A stretch of DNA of 64,000 nt from a bacterium (lineage in GTDB: Bacteria; UBA8248; JACPRG01; G963555815), in assembly GCA_965218795.1 (NCBI GenBank), contig OZ244653.1:96001-160000 (forward strand). Direction: 5' to 3'. The notes under the pieces are model-generated. The model saw only the letters and a list, made by a program, of their open reading frames with translations, ran no database searches and was not told the DNA's origin. The translations under genes were made by a program, and so were the position numbers. This document shows positions 37,786 through 47,167 of the stretch, piece after piece; position 1 is the stretch's first letter; each line of letters starts with the position of its first letter.

Positions 37786-40110
37786 TTACCGGTCAGTCAG
37801 AGGGCTTTCTTGAACCGTCGCAATCACTTTTTCCGGCGTGATGGGCAGATTGCGGATGCGCCGGCCGCCCAGGGCGTTTGCAACAGCGTTGGCCACGGCC
37901 GCGGCCGTCGGGACCAGCGCGGGTTCACCCAATCCCTTGGCCCCGTAAGGGCCTTCCGGCTCCGTCTCGTCCACAAATCGGACCTGAATATCGGGTGCGT
38001 CTGCAAAGGTGGGGATGCGGTAGTCGTAGAAGTTCGGGTTCAGGACCTGCCCGGCCTCGAAAACCAGTTCTTCAGAAATCGCCCATCCCAACCCCTGAAC
38101 GACCCCGCCCTCCACCTGTCCCTCGGCCGTGAGCGGATTGATGATCCTGCCCGAATCGTGCACGGCCGTCATGTTCTCGATCCTCACCCGCCCGGTTTCG
38201 GTATCAACGGAGACCTCGGCCACGTGTGCCGCGAACGCGTAGGACAGGGTGGCGTGGCCGTACCGTGTCGCGTCCGGGATGACGATGTTCTCCGGCGTGA
38301 CATAGGCGCCTTCGCCGACGACCGGTTTGCCGCCGCCCGTCATGACCATCTGGCGAACGGTATCGGAAAAACGGGTTCTTCGCTCCGGGGCGGCTTTTAC
38401 AAAAATCTCGCCGTCGCTGCAGACCAGGTCCTCCGGGGCGCACTCCAGCTGCTCGGCGGCGTGGCTCAGAATCTTCTCATGCGCGTTCCGGGCGGCCTGC
38501 GAAACGGCGTGGCCGCCGAGGGTGGTCACCCGGCTGGCGAAGGCCCCCAGGCATCCCGGTGTCACGTCCGTATCCACGGCGGATACCTCAACATCGGCCA
38601 TCGGGATTCCCAGTTCCTCGGCTGCGATCTGGGCCAGGACGGTTCGCGATCCCTGGCCGATGTCGGTCTCTCCTGTGAGGAGAAATGCGCGTCCCTCCTC
38701 GTTCACCTGGAGAACGGCGGATGACCCGTCAAAATCCTTGTACGCCCCGCGAAACCCCGACCCGTGGATACAGCAGGCCATGCCGATCCCTCTGAGGAGC
38801 CGCCCGTGCCCGGAAGGCGGAGCGGATGACGACGGACTTCCCTGATTGGCAGACCGCTTGCGTTCCCAATCGGTCAGGGCTTTGGCCTTTTCCACGCATT
38901 CCCGAACGCCGGCGGTTCCGATCTTGAACCCGTGCATTGTCAGGTCGCCCCGGCGCACGAAATTTTTCATCCGGATCTCTGCCGGGTCTATTCCTATTTG
39001 CCCGGCAAGCATGTCGATGCCCGATTCCAGTGCGAAGGCCCCCTGAGGATTGCCGAACCCTCGATACCCGCCCGTCGGGAGCTTGTTCGTGTAGACGAGG
39101 CGGTACCGGTTCCTGACGTTGGGGATGCGGTAAAGGTTGTCCATCCGGTAGGAGGCGATTCCGGTGACGGCCGGGGCTTCGTTGCTGTAAGCGCCGTTGT
39201 CCGCGGTGACGTCGGAGGATTTAGCGATGAAACGGCCTTCGGAATCCGCCCCCAGTCTGAAATGAATCTTCATGGGGACGCGCGGATGCGTGGTCATGAA
39301 TTCGTCGTTGCGCGTGTTGTCGACCCGGACGGACCGGCCGGCTTTCCGGCTCAGGAGCGCGCCGATGAGGTGCAGGGCCACCATCTTTTTCGAGCCGAAT
39401 CCGCCCCCCACGAAGGAGTGCACCATTCGGATATCCGATTCGCTCAGCCCAAGGATTTCCGCGTAATGCTGGCGGGCGATCCACGGATCCTGTATGCCCG
39501 CATGGAGCGTCAGCCTGCCGTTTGCCCTGAAATCGGCGATGCACCCCATAGGCTCCATGTAGCACTGGTGGGCGGAAGAGGTCTCAAAGGAGGTATCGAG
39601 CCGGTGGACGGCGCCTTCCCATGCCTTGCCGAACCCACCCCGGTCCATGTCGCCCTGCATGGCGATATTGCCCGGTCTGTCTTCGTGGATCAGGGGCGCG
39701 CCTTCAGCCAGGGCCTCGCCGGTCGTACCCACCGCGGGGAGGGGATCGTAATCGACCCGTATCAGCTCCAGGGCTTCTTCGGCGGTATCCGGGTCAGTGG
39801 CGGCGACCGCGGCGACCTCATCCCCGGCAAAGCGGACCTTATCCACCGCCAGGACAGTCTCATCGTGAATCATGTGGCCCCAGCGGGTGTCGGGACAATC
39901 GGCGGAGGTCAGGACGGCGCGGACGCCTTTCAGCTTGCCTGCACGCGACGTATCGATGGAGAGGATGCGGGCGTGGGGCAGGGGGCTGCGCAGTATCTTC
40001 CCCCAGAGCATGCCGGGAAGGACCACATCGGACGTGTATTCCCCTCCTCCGGATGCCTTGTCCCGGGCTTCAATCGAGGGAATCCGACGGCCGATGACGT
40101 TGTATTCCAT
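37786..40110 (-). CDS. Xanthine dehydrogenase family molybdopterin-binding subunit
   Basis: LRSPLPHARI, VGGGFG, YRGFGNPQ, IGQG, GQVEGG, GAKGLGE. Confidence 0.92.
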   Translation of the reverse strand: MEYNVIGRRIPSIEARDKASGGGEYTSDVVLPGMLWGKILRSPLPHARILSIDTSRAGKLKGVRAVLTSADCPDTRWGHMIHDETVLAVDKVRFAGDEVAAVAATDPDTAEEALELIRVDYDPLPAVGTTGEALAEGAPLIHEDRPGNIAMQGDMDRGGFGKAWEGAVHRLDTSFETSSAHQCYMEPMGCIADFRANGRLTLHAGIQDPWIARQHYAEILGLSESDIRMVHSFVGGGFGSKKMVALHLIGALLSRKAGRSVRVDNTRNDEFMTTHPRVPMKIHFRLGADSEGRFIAKSSDVTADNGAYSNEAPAVTGIASYRMDNLYRIPNVRNRYRLVYTNKLPTGGYRGFGNPQGAFALESGIDMLAGQIGIDPAEIRMKNFVRRGDLTMHGFKIGTAGVRECVEKAKALTDWERKRSANQGSPSSSAPPSGHGRLLRGIGMACCIHGSGFRGAYKDFDGSSAVLQVNEEGRAFLLTGETDIGQGSRTVLAQIAAEELGIPMADVEVSAVDTDVTPGCLGAFASRVTTLGGHAVSQAARNAHEKILSHAAEQLECAPEDLVCSDGEIFVKAAPERRTRFSDTVRQMVMTGGGKPVVGEGAYVTPENIVIPDATRYGHATLSYAFAAHVAEVSVDTETGRVRIENMTAVHDSGRIINPLTAEGQVEGGVVQGLGWAISEELVFEAGQVLNPNFYDYRIPTFADAPDIQVRFVDETEPEGPYGAKGLGEPALVPTAAAVANAVANALGGRRIRNLPITPEKVIATVQESPLTDR

Positions 40111-40154
40111 AATTCAGTCTCGAATCTTTCCCCGAACAATCGAATCTTGAGATC

Positions 40155-40221
40155 GTGTCATGACTCAGAGATATATTCACTAAAGTCGTTTGATCTTAGC
40201 GAGGATGGAATCGGCCGTAGC
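40155..40221 (-). mobile_element. IS630-family transposase C-terminal/right-end relic
   Basis: ATADSILAKIKRL/SEYISES*H resembles the conserved IS630 C-terminus WTATADSILxK...H*. Confidence 0.55.
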
Positions 40222-40380
40222 CGGCAGGCTTCCGATACGTTGCCCAAGGCCTCGGCCAGCTGCAGGGCGCTGAGTCGATGCTTCACAACCTTCTTCTCTG
40301 CTCTTGTCACGGCTCCTCCCACTCTGTCCCCCGACTAAGACATTCGAGGGCAGGTGTCCGGGAAGATACCTGGTCGTACA
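40222..40380 (-). mobile_element. IS481-family left-end relic
   Basis: End TGTACGACCAGGTATCTTCC (40380 leftwards), RBS GGAGGAG, GTG at 40310: MTRAEKKVVKHRLSALQLAEALGNVSEACR. Confidence 0.7.
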
Positions 40381-41469
40381 ATTATTTAAATGCTCTGTCC
40401 AAGATTTCACGTCGTCGTTTTGCAGCTTCTTCTGGAGAAATCAACCCTTTCTCTTTGAGAATTTTTAAAAATTGAAGGTTTTTCTCAACATTCGACCTCA
40501 ATTTGGAATCTTGATTTCTTGGAGTTTTAATTGGTCTGCTACCATCCTCCATTTGATCAATGCGGTTCGCTATGAGCTCATCTAGTGTGACTTTTTTGGT
40601 GACTGGAGAGATTTTAAGTGCCTTCCAGGCTTCTTCAATTGGAACAAAAAAGTTTAATCCCACGCCTACTTTTCCACCTAGTACGATTCCTGAATGGGCT
40701 AAACCTACGACGCGACCGTATTTGTCCAACAGTGGGCCGCCACTGTTACCGGGATGAATTGTCACATCGCTTTGTATGAGCCTTCTTCCCTCTTCCACTC
40801 GAAACGCACTTACTACTCCTTTCGTTAACGTGCGATGAAAATCCTCACGCAGGGGAGTACCAATAGCCAGAACGGGATCCCCTACTCTAAGGGAAGCAGA
40901 AAATCCAATAGGGGTGAAATGGTATTTCCCTTTTTCCAGTTTTATCAAGGCTACATCGGTCTCCGAATCAGTTCGAATTACTTCTCCAACGACACGCCGC
41001 CCGGTAGAGAGTTCAATTGTAATCATACCGGGACTTTTTCCGACTACATGAGTATTTGTAAGTACATATCCTTCAGAAGATACAATAAATCCGCTACCAT
41101 GTCCTGAACCAATGAGAATTTTGACAACGGCTCCATAAGCGTGTTGCACGACTTCTGGAATTTTATTCGCATCAACTTTTGAAAGACTCACAACAGAAAT
41201 ACCCAGAATATTTCCATTCTCTTTCTTAGGTTGCACAGTTCTGGACAAAATCGAAACTAATTTGTTGTTAGCAAGAAGATTTCTAACAGATTTAGCAAAC
41301 GCTCTATAATAGGCTTCGGTACCTTGTTCAGGTCCAGCACCTGTTTTTGCTGTTCCACCAGTTGTGGTTTTCAGAACTACTGCCCGAGTCCTACGCTGAT
41401 AGTGAGGTGGTCCCAGCAAATCGGACAGGTTGCTAAGGTGTATTCCACCGACTGAGGGAGGGATACGCA

Positions 41470-41751
41470 ATGACGACACGACGGCGATTCACGGGGGAGT
41501 TCAAGGCGAAGGTAGCGCTGGAAGCACTGCGCGGGGACAAGACGGTTCAAGAAATCGCGGTGCGGCACAAGGTGCATCCGAACCAGGTGAGCGCCTGGAA
41601 GCAGCGAGCGGTGGAGGGGCTGAAGGAGGTATTCTCCAAGGGGGCGGAGCGGGCACGTGGGGACCATGAGGTGGAGATCCGGGACCTGCATGCGAAGATC
41701 GGGGAGTTGACGGTGGAGCGGGATTTTTTGTCCAAAGGGCTCAAGTGGTGA
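41470..41751 (+). CDS. IS3 transposase OrfA
   Basis: FKAKVALEALRGDKT...VHPNQVSAWK (HTH); LHAKIGELTVERDFL. Confidence 0.92.
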   Translation: MTTRRRFTGEFKAKVALEALRGDKTVQEIAVRHKVHPNQVSAWKQRAVEGLKEVFSKGAERARGDHEVEIRDLHAKIGELTVERDFLSKGLKW

Positions 41752-42677
41752 GCCGGGAGGGACGCAGGGCCATGATCCGTCGCGACCATCCCAAACTCAG
41801 CTTGAGCCGTCAATGCCGCCTGCTTTCCATCAGCCGATCCTCGCTGTACCACACGCCCAAGGGCGAGAGTGCGCAGAACCTGGCGTTGATGCGGCGGATC
41901 GATGAGTTGTTCTTGAAATACCCGTTCTACGGCAGCCGCCAGATGGTCCGTCATTTGTGGCGCGAGGGAGTCCGTGTCGGTCGTCACCGGGTTCGGCGTC
42001 TGATGCGGCTGATGGGCCTACAGGCCATCTACCAAGCGCCGAGAACCACCAGACCACATCCCGAACACCGGGTTTATCCCTATCTTCTCAAGGGACTCGC
42101 CATCGAGCGGCCCAATCAGGTCTGGACCGCGGACATAACCTATATCCCCGTCCAGCGCGGCTTCCTGTACCTGGTAGCCGTCATGGACTGGGCCACCCGC
42201 CGTGTGCTCGCCTGGCGGCTGTCCAACACCCTGGATGCCCGCTTCTGCGTCGAGGCCCTGACCGAAGCCCTGGACCGCTACGGCCGGCCTCGGATCTTCA
42301 ATACCGACCAAGGCAGCCAGTTCACCAGCCTCGCGTTTACCGCTGTCCTCCAAGACGCCGGCGTCGCCATCTCCATGGACGGCCGGGGCCGATGCATGGA
42401 CAACATCTTCATCGAGCGCCTCTGGCGTTCGCTCAAATACGAAGCGGTGTATCTGCACGAGCTCACCGACGGCTTCGCAGCCCAAAGGGCCATTGCCAAG
42501 TGGCTCGACTTCTATAACACCGAAAGACCTCATTCCGCCCTGGCTGGCTCTACCCCGGCCGAGGCCTACGAAAAAGGACTGCCGCCGCAGATGCAGGCCA
42601 AGCCCCACCGCTTGCCTGCCCCTCTGCCGGCTCAACCAGAACAGAAAGACGGGTCAAACAGGACGCTGGCGGCATGA
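41748..42677 (+). CDS. IS3 transposase OrfB (DDE/rve)
   Basis: YGSR, WTADITY, NTDQGSQF, DNIFIERLWRSLKYE, YNTERPHS. Confidence 0.93.
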   Translation: MSREGRRAMIRRDHPKLSLSRQCRLLSISRSSLYHTPKGESAQNLALMRRIDELFLKYPFYGSRQMVRHLWREGVRVGRHRVRRLMRLMGLQAIYQAPRTTRPHPEHRVYPYLLKGLAIERPNQVWTADITYIPVQRGFLYLVAVMDWATRRVLAWRLSNTLDARFCVEALTEALDRYGRPRIFNTDQGSQFTSLAFTAVLQDAGVAISMDGRGRCMDNIFIERLWRSLKYEAVYLHELTDGFAAQRAIAKWLDFYNTERPHSALAGSTPAEAYEKGLPPQMQAKPHRLPAPLPAQPEQKDGSNRTLAA

Positions 42678-43164
42678 TCAATGAACCGAATACACCTTCA
42701 CTCAGCCGCCTAACTGTCCAAGATAGTGGGACCACCTCACTCCAAGCTCAGCGTCTCCGATCTGTATTTGGCCACCCCTCTTCCAGAAGACTTTGTTTTT
42801 ACCTAAACATGCTACTCCTTGTTGAACGGTCCCAACTTCCTGTCCTCTCTTCATTTTACTGATTAACTTCCTGAACATAATTGGCCGGGATTTTCCAGAA
42901 ACAGGAATTGAGGCTTCGGTAGCAAATTGCCGAATTGGAGTGTCGGAGACACAACCGGATAGCAACAGAAAACCAAGGAACCAAACAACTCGAAGGGAAG
43001 ACTCTGTTTGGGTGTTCATTTTCCTCTCCCGATGATTTCTTTCAATCTTGAGCGAGCAAATTCTCAATACAAGTGAAAATCGGATTTCCTATTCCAAATC
43101 TGGATAGTGTGTCCCAAATCTTTCGTTGCCGTTTGACCCATTTGAGCTTTCTCTGGGGATGCAT

Positions 43165-43220
43165 GATTCCAGGGACACCAAACCAAATTCTTGACTTTTG
43201 AGAAATAAATATGGTGTCCC
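43165..43220. repeat. 56-bp miniature element bounded by GGGACACCA/TGGTGTCCC
   Basis: Inverted repeat; GATTCCAGGGACACCA is identical to 22628-22643. Confidence 0.7.
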
Positions 43221-43253
43221 GACAATTGAGGTGGCAACGAGCCGCTGCGCAAC

Positions 43254-44141
43254 CTATGAAGGTGCGATTCCGGTCCCGGCTTCCTTCTCATAAACGCGGA
43301 TGAGCTGGTTGATGTCGGCATTCGCGCCATGCTCGCTCACGGCCGCCTGAAAGATTTCCCGAACCAGATCCCCCAATCGCGTCGGCGTCTCCGTATCCCC
43401 GCCCAGCTTCGTCGCCAGGCGGACGTCCTTGTACATCAGGCCGAGCGTGAAGCCCTGGTCCAGCTCTCCCGGGAGAATGAACTGCGGCAGGGTGATCTCC
43501 GTGTGATAACTGCGGCCGGACCCCTTCCGGAGGATTTCGGCGCACACAGTGGGATCGAGACCGTTCTTGACGGCCAAAGCCATTCCCTCGAACGTGGCGG
43601 CCCGGTTGCAGGCGGAGATCATGTTGTTGACCAGCTTCATCGTGTGGCCGGTGCCCACCCCGCCCGTGTGGAACACGTTCGGACTGACCCCGGCAAACAC
43701 CTCGTAACACCGGTCGAACAGATCCTTCGGCGCGCCGACCATAATGGCCAGCGTCCCTTTTTCCGCCCCCTGCGGTCCGCCGCTGACAGGCGCGTCGATC
43801 AGATGAATGTCGTGGTCGGAGAGTTTCCGGGCCATCTCTCGCGTGGCCGTCGGGTCGCCCGTGGTCATGTCCGCGATGACGCTGCCGGGCCGGAGGCCGG
43901 CGAGCAGCCCGTCGCCGTCGAAGATGACCGAGCGGACCTCGTCCGAGGTGGGAAGACAGGTGAGGACCAGGTCGCACGCGGCCCCGAGCGCCTCCGGACT
44001 CTTCATCGGGATCGCCCCCGCTTCGGCGAACTCCTCGACCGCCCCCGGCCGAATGTCGTACGCGCGCAGCTTGCGGGCGCGCAGTATGCGGCGCGCGATC
44101 GCGCCCCCCATGCTCCCCAGACCCACGGACCCTACGTTCAT
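43254..44141 (-). CDS. NAD(P)-dependent beta-hydroxyacid dehydrogenase (3-hydroxyisobutyrate DH family)
   Basis: GLGSMG, DAPVSGG, KLVNN, FTLGLMYKD. Confidence 0.92.
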   Translation of the reverse strand: MNVGSVGLGSMGGAIARRILRARKLRAYDIRPGAVEEFAEAGAIPMKSPEALGAACDLVLTCLPTSDEVRSVIFDGDGLLAGLRPGSVIADMTTGDPTATREMARKLSDHDIHLIDAPVSGGPQGAEKGTLAIMVGAPKDLFDRCYEVFAGVSPNVFHTGGVGTGHTMKLVNNMISACNRAATFEGMALAVKNGLDPTVCAEILRKGSGRSYHTEITLPQFILPGELDQGFTLGLMYKDVRLATKLGGDTETPTRLGDLVREIFQAAVSEHGANADINQLIRVYEKEAGTGIAPS

Positions 44142-44444
44142 CACCTTTCCCTCATAACCGGTTGGTTGAGCGTTGCCCCCAGGACCCCGGCAGGGCTGGG
44201 AGTCCTCGGGGGGACATTTTGGCGGCAACGCGCCGCATCCGGGCACCATCAGGGGATCATGAATCGGGAATTCCTGTACCCAGCTGCAAGCTGCACGGTA
44301 TCCCCTGTTTCCCCTGGCGAGAGAGCGGTCCGCCAATCTCTCGCGAAATAAAGGTTGGGGGGTCCAGGAGGGCGGGTTTACAGAAAATCTCCCCCGGAGT
44401 CTGCCGCGCCTGCCCCGCGGTGTAATCCATCATTACGGCATAGC

Positions 44445-45527
44445 TCAGCCCACCGGCGCGGATTCGGTCGGGGATTTTCCCTGAAGCTCGGGGAACACCG
44501 TTTCCGCAAACATCCGGAGCATCTTCAGCGTCTTCTCGGGGTCGTAATAGGGCGGGTAGTGAAGCACCAGCGAGGTCGCTCCGGTCGTGGACTGGAGCTT
44601 GCGGATGCGGCCGATCACCGTCTCCGGCGAACCGTGGATGAACGTGGTCTCAGCCAACTCATCGTAGTCCAGCTCAATCCCCATATCCTTCTCGGAGACG
44701 TTTCCGAGGTAACCCGCGGTCCCTTGAGTCAGGAAATGCGTCAGGTGACGGATGATGCCATCCTCGCTCTCGGCCTTGGCCTGTGCGTCGGTCTCGGCGA
44801 TGTAGACCCAGCGCGCGACATCAACCCGCCCGAAGGCGGGGTTTTGGTTCCAGGGGGCGGGTGCTTCCCGCATCTTCTCCCGATAGAAGGAAATCTGGGC
44901 CGCCAGCTTTTCGAACGCGGGCAGGGTGGAGAGCATGAGCCCGAATCCGTGGCGCGCGGCGACGGCGATGGAACGTTCCGTGCCCGCCGCCATATAAAGC
45001 GGCGGGTGCGGCTCCTGGACGCCGGCGGGGAAGATTTCGTAATCGCCCGTGACGTTATGACGGAAGTATTTCCCCTTGTGGTCGATCTGCCGCTGATGCA
45101 GGGTCTCGAGGACGAGGGGCAGGGCCTCTTCCTGGATTTCCCGCCGCTCCTCGAAGCCGATTCCCAGACCCTTGAATTCGTAAGGGCGATAACCCGAACC
45201 GAGACCCAGAATGAGGCGCCCCTCGGTGAGAATGTCCACGAACGCCGCGTTCTCGGCGATCCGGACGGGGTTGTACAACGGGAGCGTCATCACCGCCGAG
45301 CCCAGCCTGATCCGCTTTGTTTTGGCCGCCAGATAGGCGATGTAGGTGAACGGGTCGGGCAGGATGCCGTACTGGTTGCTGAAGTGATGCTCGGCGATCC
45401 AGGCGATGTCGAAGCCGAGCGTGTCGGCCTCCTGTATCTCCCGGGTGACGCGGGCGTGGACGTCCCGATGCGGGTAGGGCTCCCTCTCCGCGTTGGGGTG
45501 TGACGTGAACAGGATTCCGAATTTCAA
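44445..45527 (-). CDS. LLM-class flavin-dependent monooxygenase (luciferase-like)
   Basis: GFDIAWIAEHHF, TKRIRLGSAV, NPVRIAE, GRLILGLGSGY. Confidence 0.9.
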   Translation of the reverse strand: MKFGILFTSHPNAEREPYPHRDVHARVTREIQEADTLGFDIAWIAEHHFSNQYGILPDPFTYIAYLAAKTKRIRLGSAVMTLPLYNPVRIAENAAFVDILTEGRLILGLGSGYRPYEFKGLGIGFEERREIQEEALPLVLETLHQRQIDHKGKYFRHNVTGDYEIFPAGVQEPHPPLYMAAGTERSIAVAARHGFGLMLSTLPAFEKLAAQISFYREKMREAPAPWNQNPAFGRVDVARWVYIAETDAQAKAESEDGIIRHLTHFLTQGTAGYLGNVSEKDMGIELDYDELAETTFIHGSPETVIGRIRKLQSTTGATSLVLHYPPYYDPEKTLKMLRMFAETVFPELQGKSPTESAPVG

Positions 45528-45912
45528 GGGGTTCTTCCCGGGTCGGGTCTCAACAAGCTCGTGAACTCCAGCCTTGCGGCCCTGCGGGGACGATCACATG
45601 TTGGCGTGGACATCTGCACGACGGATCGATCCCTCTCGCATCTCCGAATGCTGCAATGATACCATACAATTTTCATTCGTCGGGAGTCCTGGGCCGCGCG
45701 CCCGACGGGTTCGGGAGGGACTCGATATATCAGGAAGCCCAAGACTGCAACGGATTGAAGTTTGCGGCCTATCCCGATACGCTTTGGAATCGGGAGCCCG
45801 GCGCTGAATCCCGTTCGAGGGTCCTCAGAGCGTGGGGCCGGACGGCCCGCGGTTTCCGTCTCCTGAGTCGGAAGCCGATGCAAGAAACGCCGGAGCCCTT
45901 TGGAGGCCCGTC

Positions 45913-46827
45913 GTGAAGAAAACCAGCCGCCTGAAATCGCTGATCGCCGCGCCCGAGATCCTTGTGCTCCCGGGGGTGCATGACGCCCTGACCGCACGGG
46001 TCGCCGAGAAGGCCGGGTTTGATGCGCTGGTGATGGGCGGATTTGCGGCGACCGGCGTGCTGCTGGGAGAGCCGGACACGGCGCAGCTCACCATGGTGGA
46101 AATGGCCCAATTCTGCGGCCGCGTCAGCGATGCGGTGGAGATCCCCATCCTGGCGGACGCCGATACGGGATTCGGCAACTCCACGAACGTTCGCCGTACG
46201 GTCCGGGAATATGAGAAGGCCGGGGTCTCGGGTTTGTTCATCGAGGACCAAGTGTTCCCGAAACGCTGCGGGCACATGGACGGAAAGGACGTCGTGCCGA
46301 GGGAAGATATCCTCGCCAAGCTTCAAGCCGCGCTGGAGGCCCGGACGGACCCGGATTTCGTCATCGTCGGGCGCACGGACGCATTGGCCGTTCACGGGAT
46401 CGACGAGGCGATCGGGCGGGGGCGGCTCTATCGCGAGCTGGGCGTCGATCTGATTTTCGTCGAGGCCGCCGGAAGCGTGGACGAGATGAGGCGGATATGC
46501 GGGGAAGTCGGCGGTCCCCAGTTGGCCAACATGGTCGAGTTCGGCAAGACCCCCGAGGTGACGGCCCGCGAGCTGGAAGAGCTCGGATACGCCGTGGGGG
46601 TCTGGCCCGTCTCGAGCGTGCTGGCAGCGACGCGGTCGATGTTCGAGCTGATGACCACCCTCAAGAAGGACGGGACGACCGAGGCCGTGAAGGATCGGAT
46701 GATGACCTTTGAAGCGTATTGCGACCTGGTCGGGCTGCCCGGTCTCAGAAGGAGTGAATCCGAAGCGATGAAATCCGCCCAGGAGATTCTGGGCGGATTC
46801 AAGGAATCGCCGGCGGCAGGCGACTGA
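45913..46827 (+). CDS. Isocitrate lyase/PEP mutase family protein (PrpB or dimethylmalate lyase-like)
   Basis: DADTGFG, IEDQVFPKRCGH, RTD, ANMVEFGKTP. Confidence 0.9.
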   Translation: MKKTSRLKSLIAAPEILVLPGVHDALTARVAEKAGFDALVMGGFAATGVLLGEPDTAQLTMVEMAQFCGRVSDAVEIPILADADTGFGNSTNVRRTVREYEKAGVSGLFIEDQVFPKRCGHMDGKDVVPREDILAKLQAALEARTDPDFVIVGRTDALAVHGIDEAIGRGRLYRELGVDLIFVEAAGSVDEMRRICGEVGGPQLANMVEFGKTPEVTARELEELGYAVGVWPVSSVLAATRSMFELMTTLKKDGTTEAVKDRMMTFEAYCDLVGLPGLRRSESEAMKSAQEILGGFKESPAAGD

Positions 46828-47167
46828 GGTGAATGGGATCCGATGAAGGCCCGATCAGGTCGTCATCGCATCATCGTCTTCGGGATTTCCCTTTGGCCGT
46901 TTTTGATTCACGGGCGCGCCCCGAAGTCCGGAATACAGGTTCAAAAAAAGCGGACAAATGCGCCGGTCCTTGGTGGATCAGGTTCTGAGCGGCGGCGTGC
47001 CGGAGGAATACGAAGACTCTTTGTTCGCGGTTTCCTCCTCTCCCGACGGCCGGCTTCGGGCAATGGGGACAGTTCCGTCCGCATCTGAGGAAATCCCGTG
47101 GGACCGGCACAGGGGCGAGACCGTCTGTCGCCATGACCTCATTGCCGCTTGAGTGGGAGCGCTGCGG

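Larger units (their letters stand above)
41403..42739 (+). mobile_element. IS3 family insertion sequence
   Basis: TG...CA ends; TIR TGAGGTGGTCCCA....GGACAG versus CTGTCC....TGGGACCACCTCA; orfA/orfB arrangement. Confidence 0.93.
40382..43019 (-). pseudogene. AT-rich lipoprotein trypsin-like (S1C) serine protease with a C-terminal SHOCT-like tail, interrupted by IS3
   Basis: 5' part 43019-42740 (LLSGC lipobox); 3' part 41402-40382 with GSGF, TNTHVV, DVALI, GNSGGPL, LKEKGLISPEE. Confidence 0.8.
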
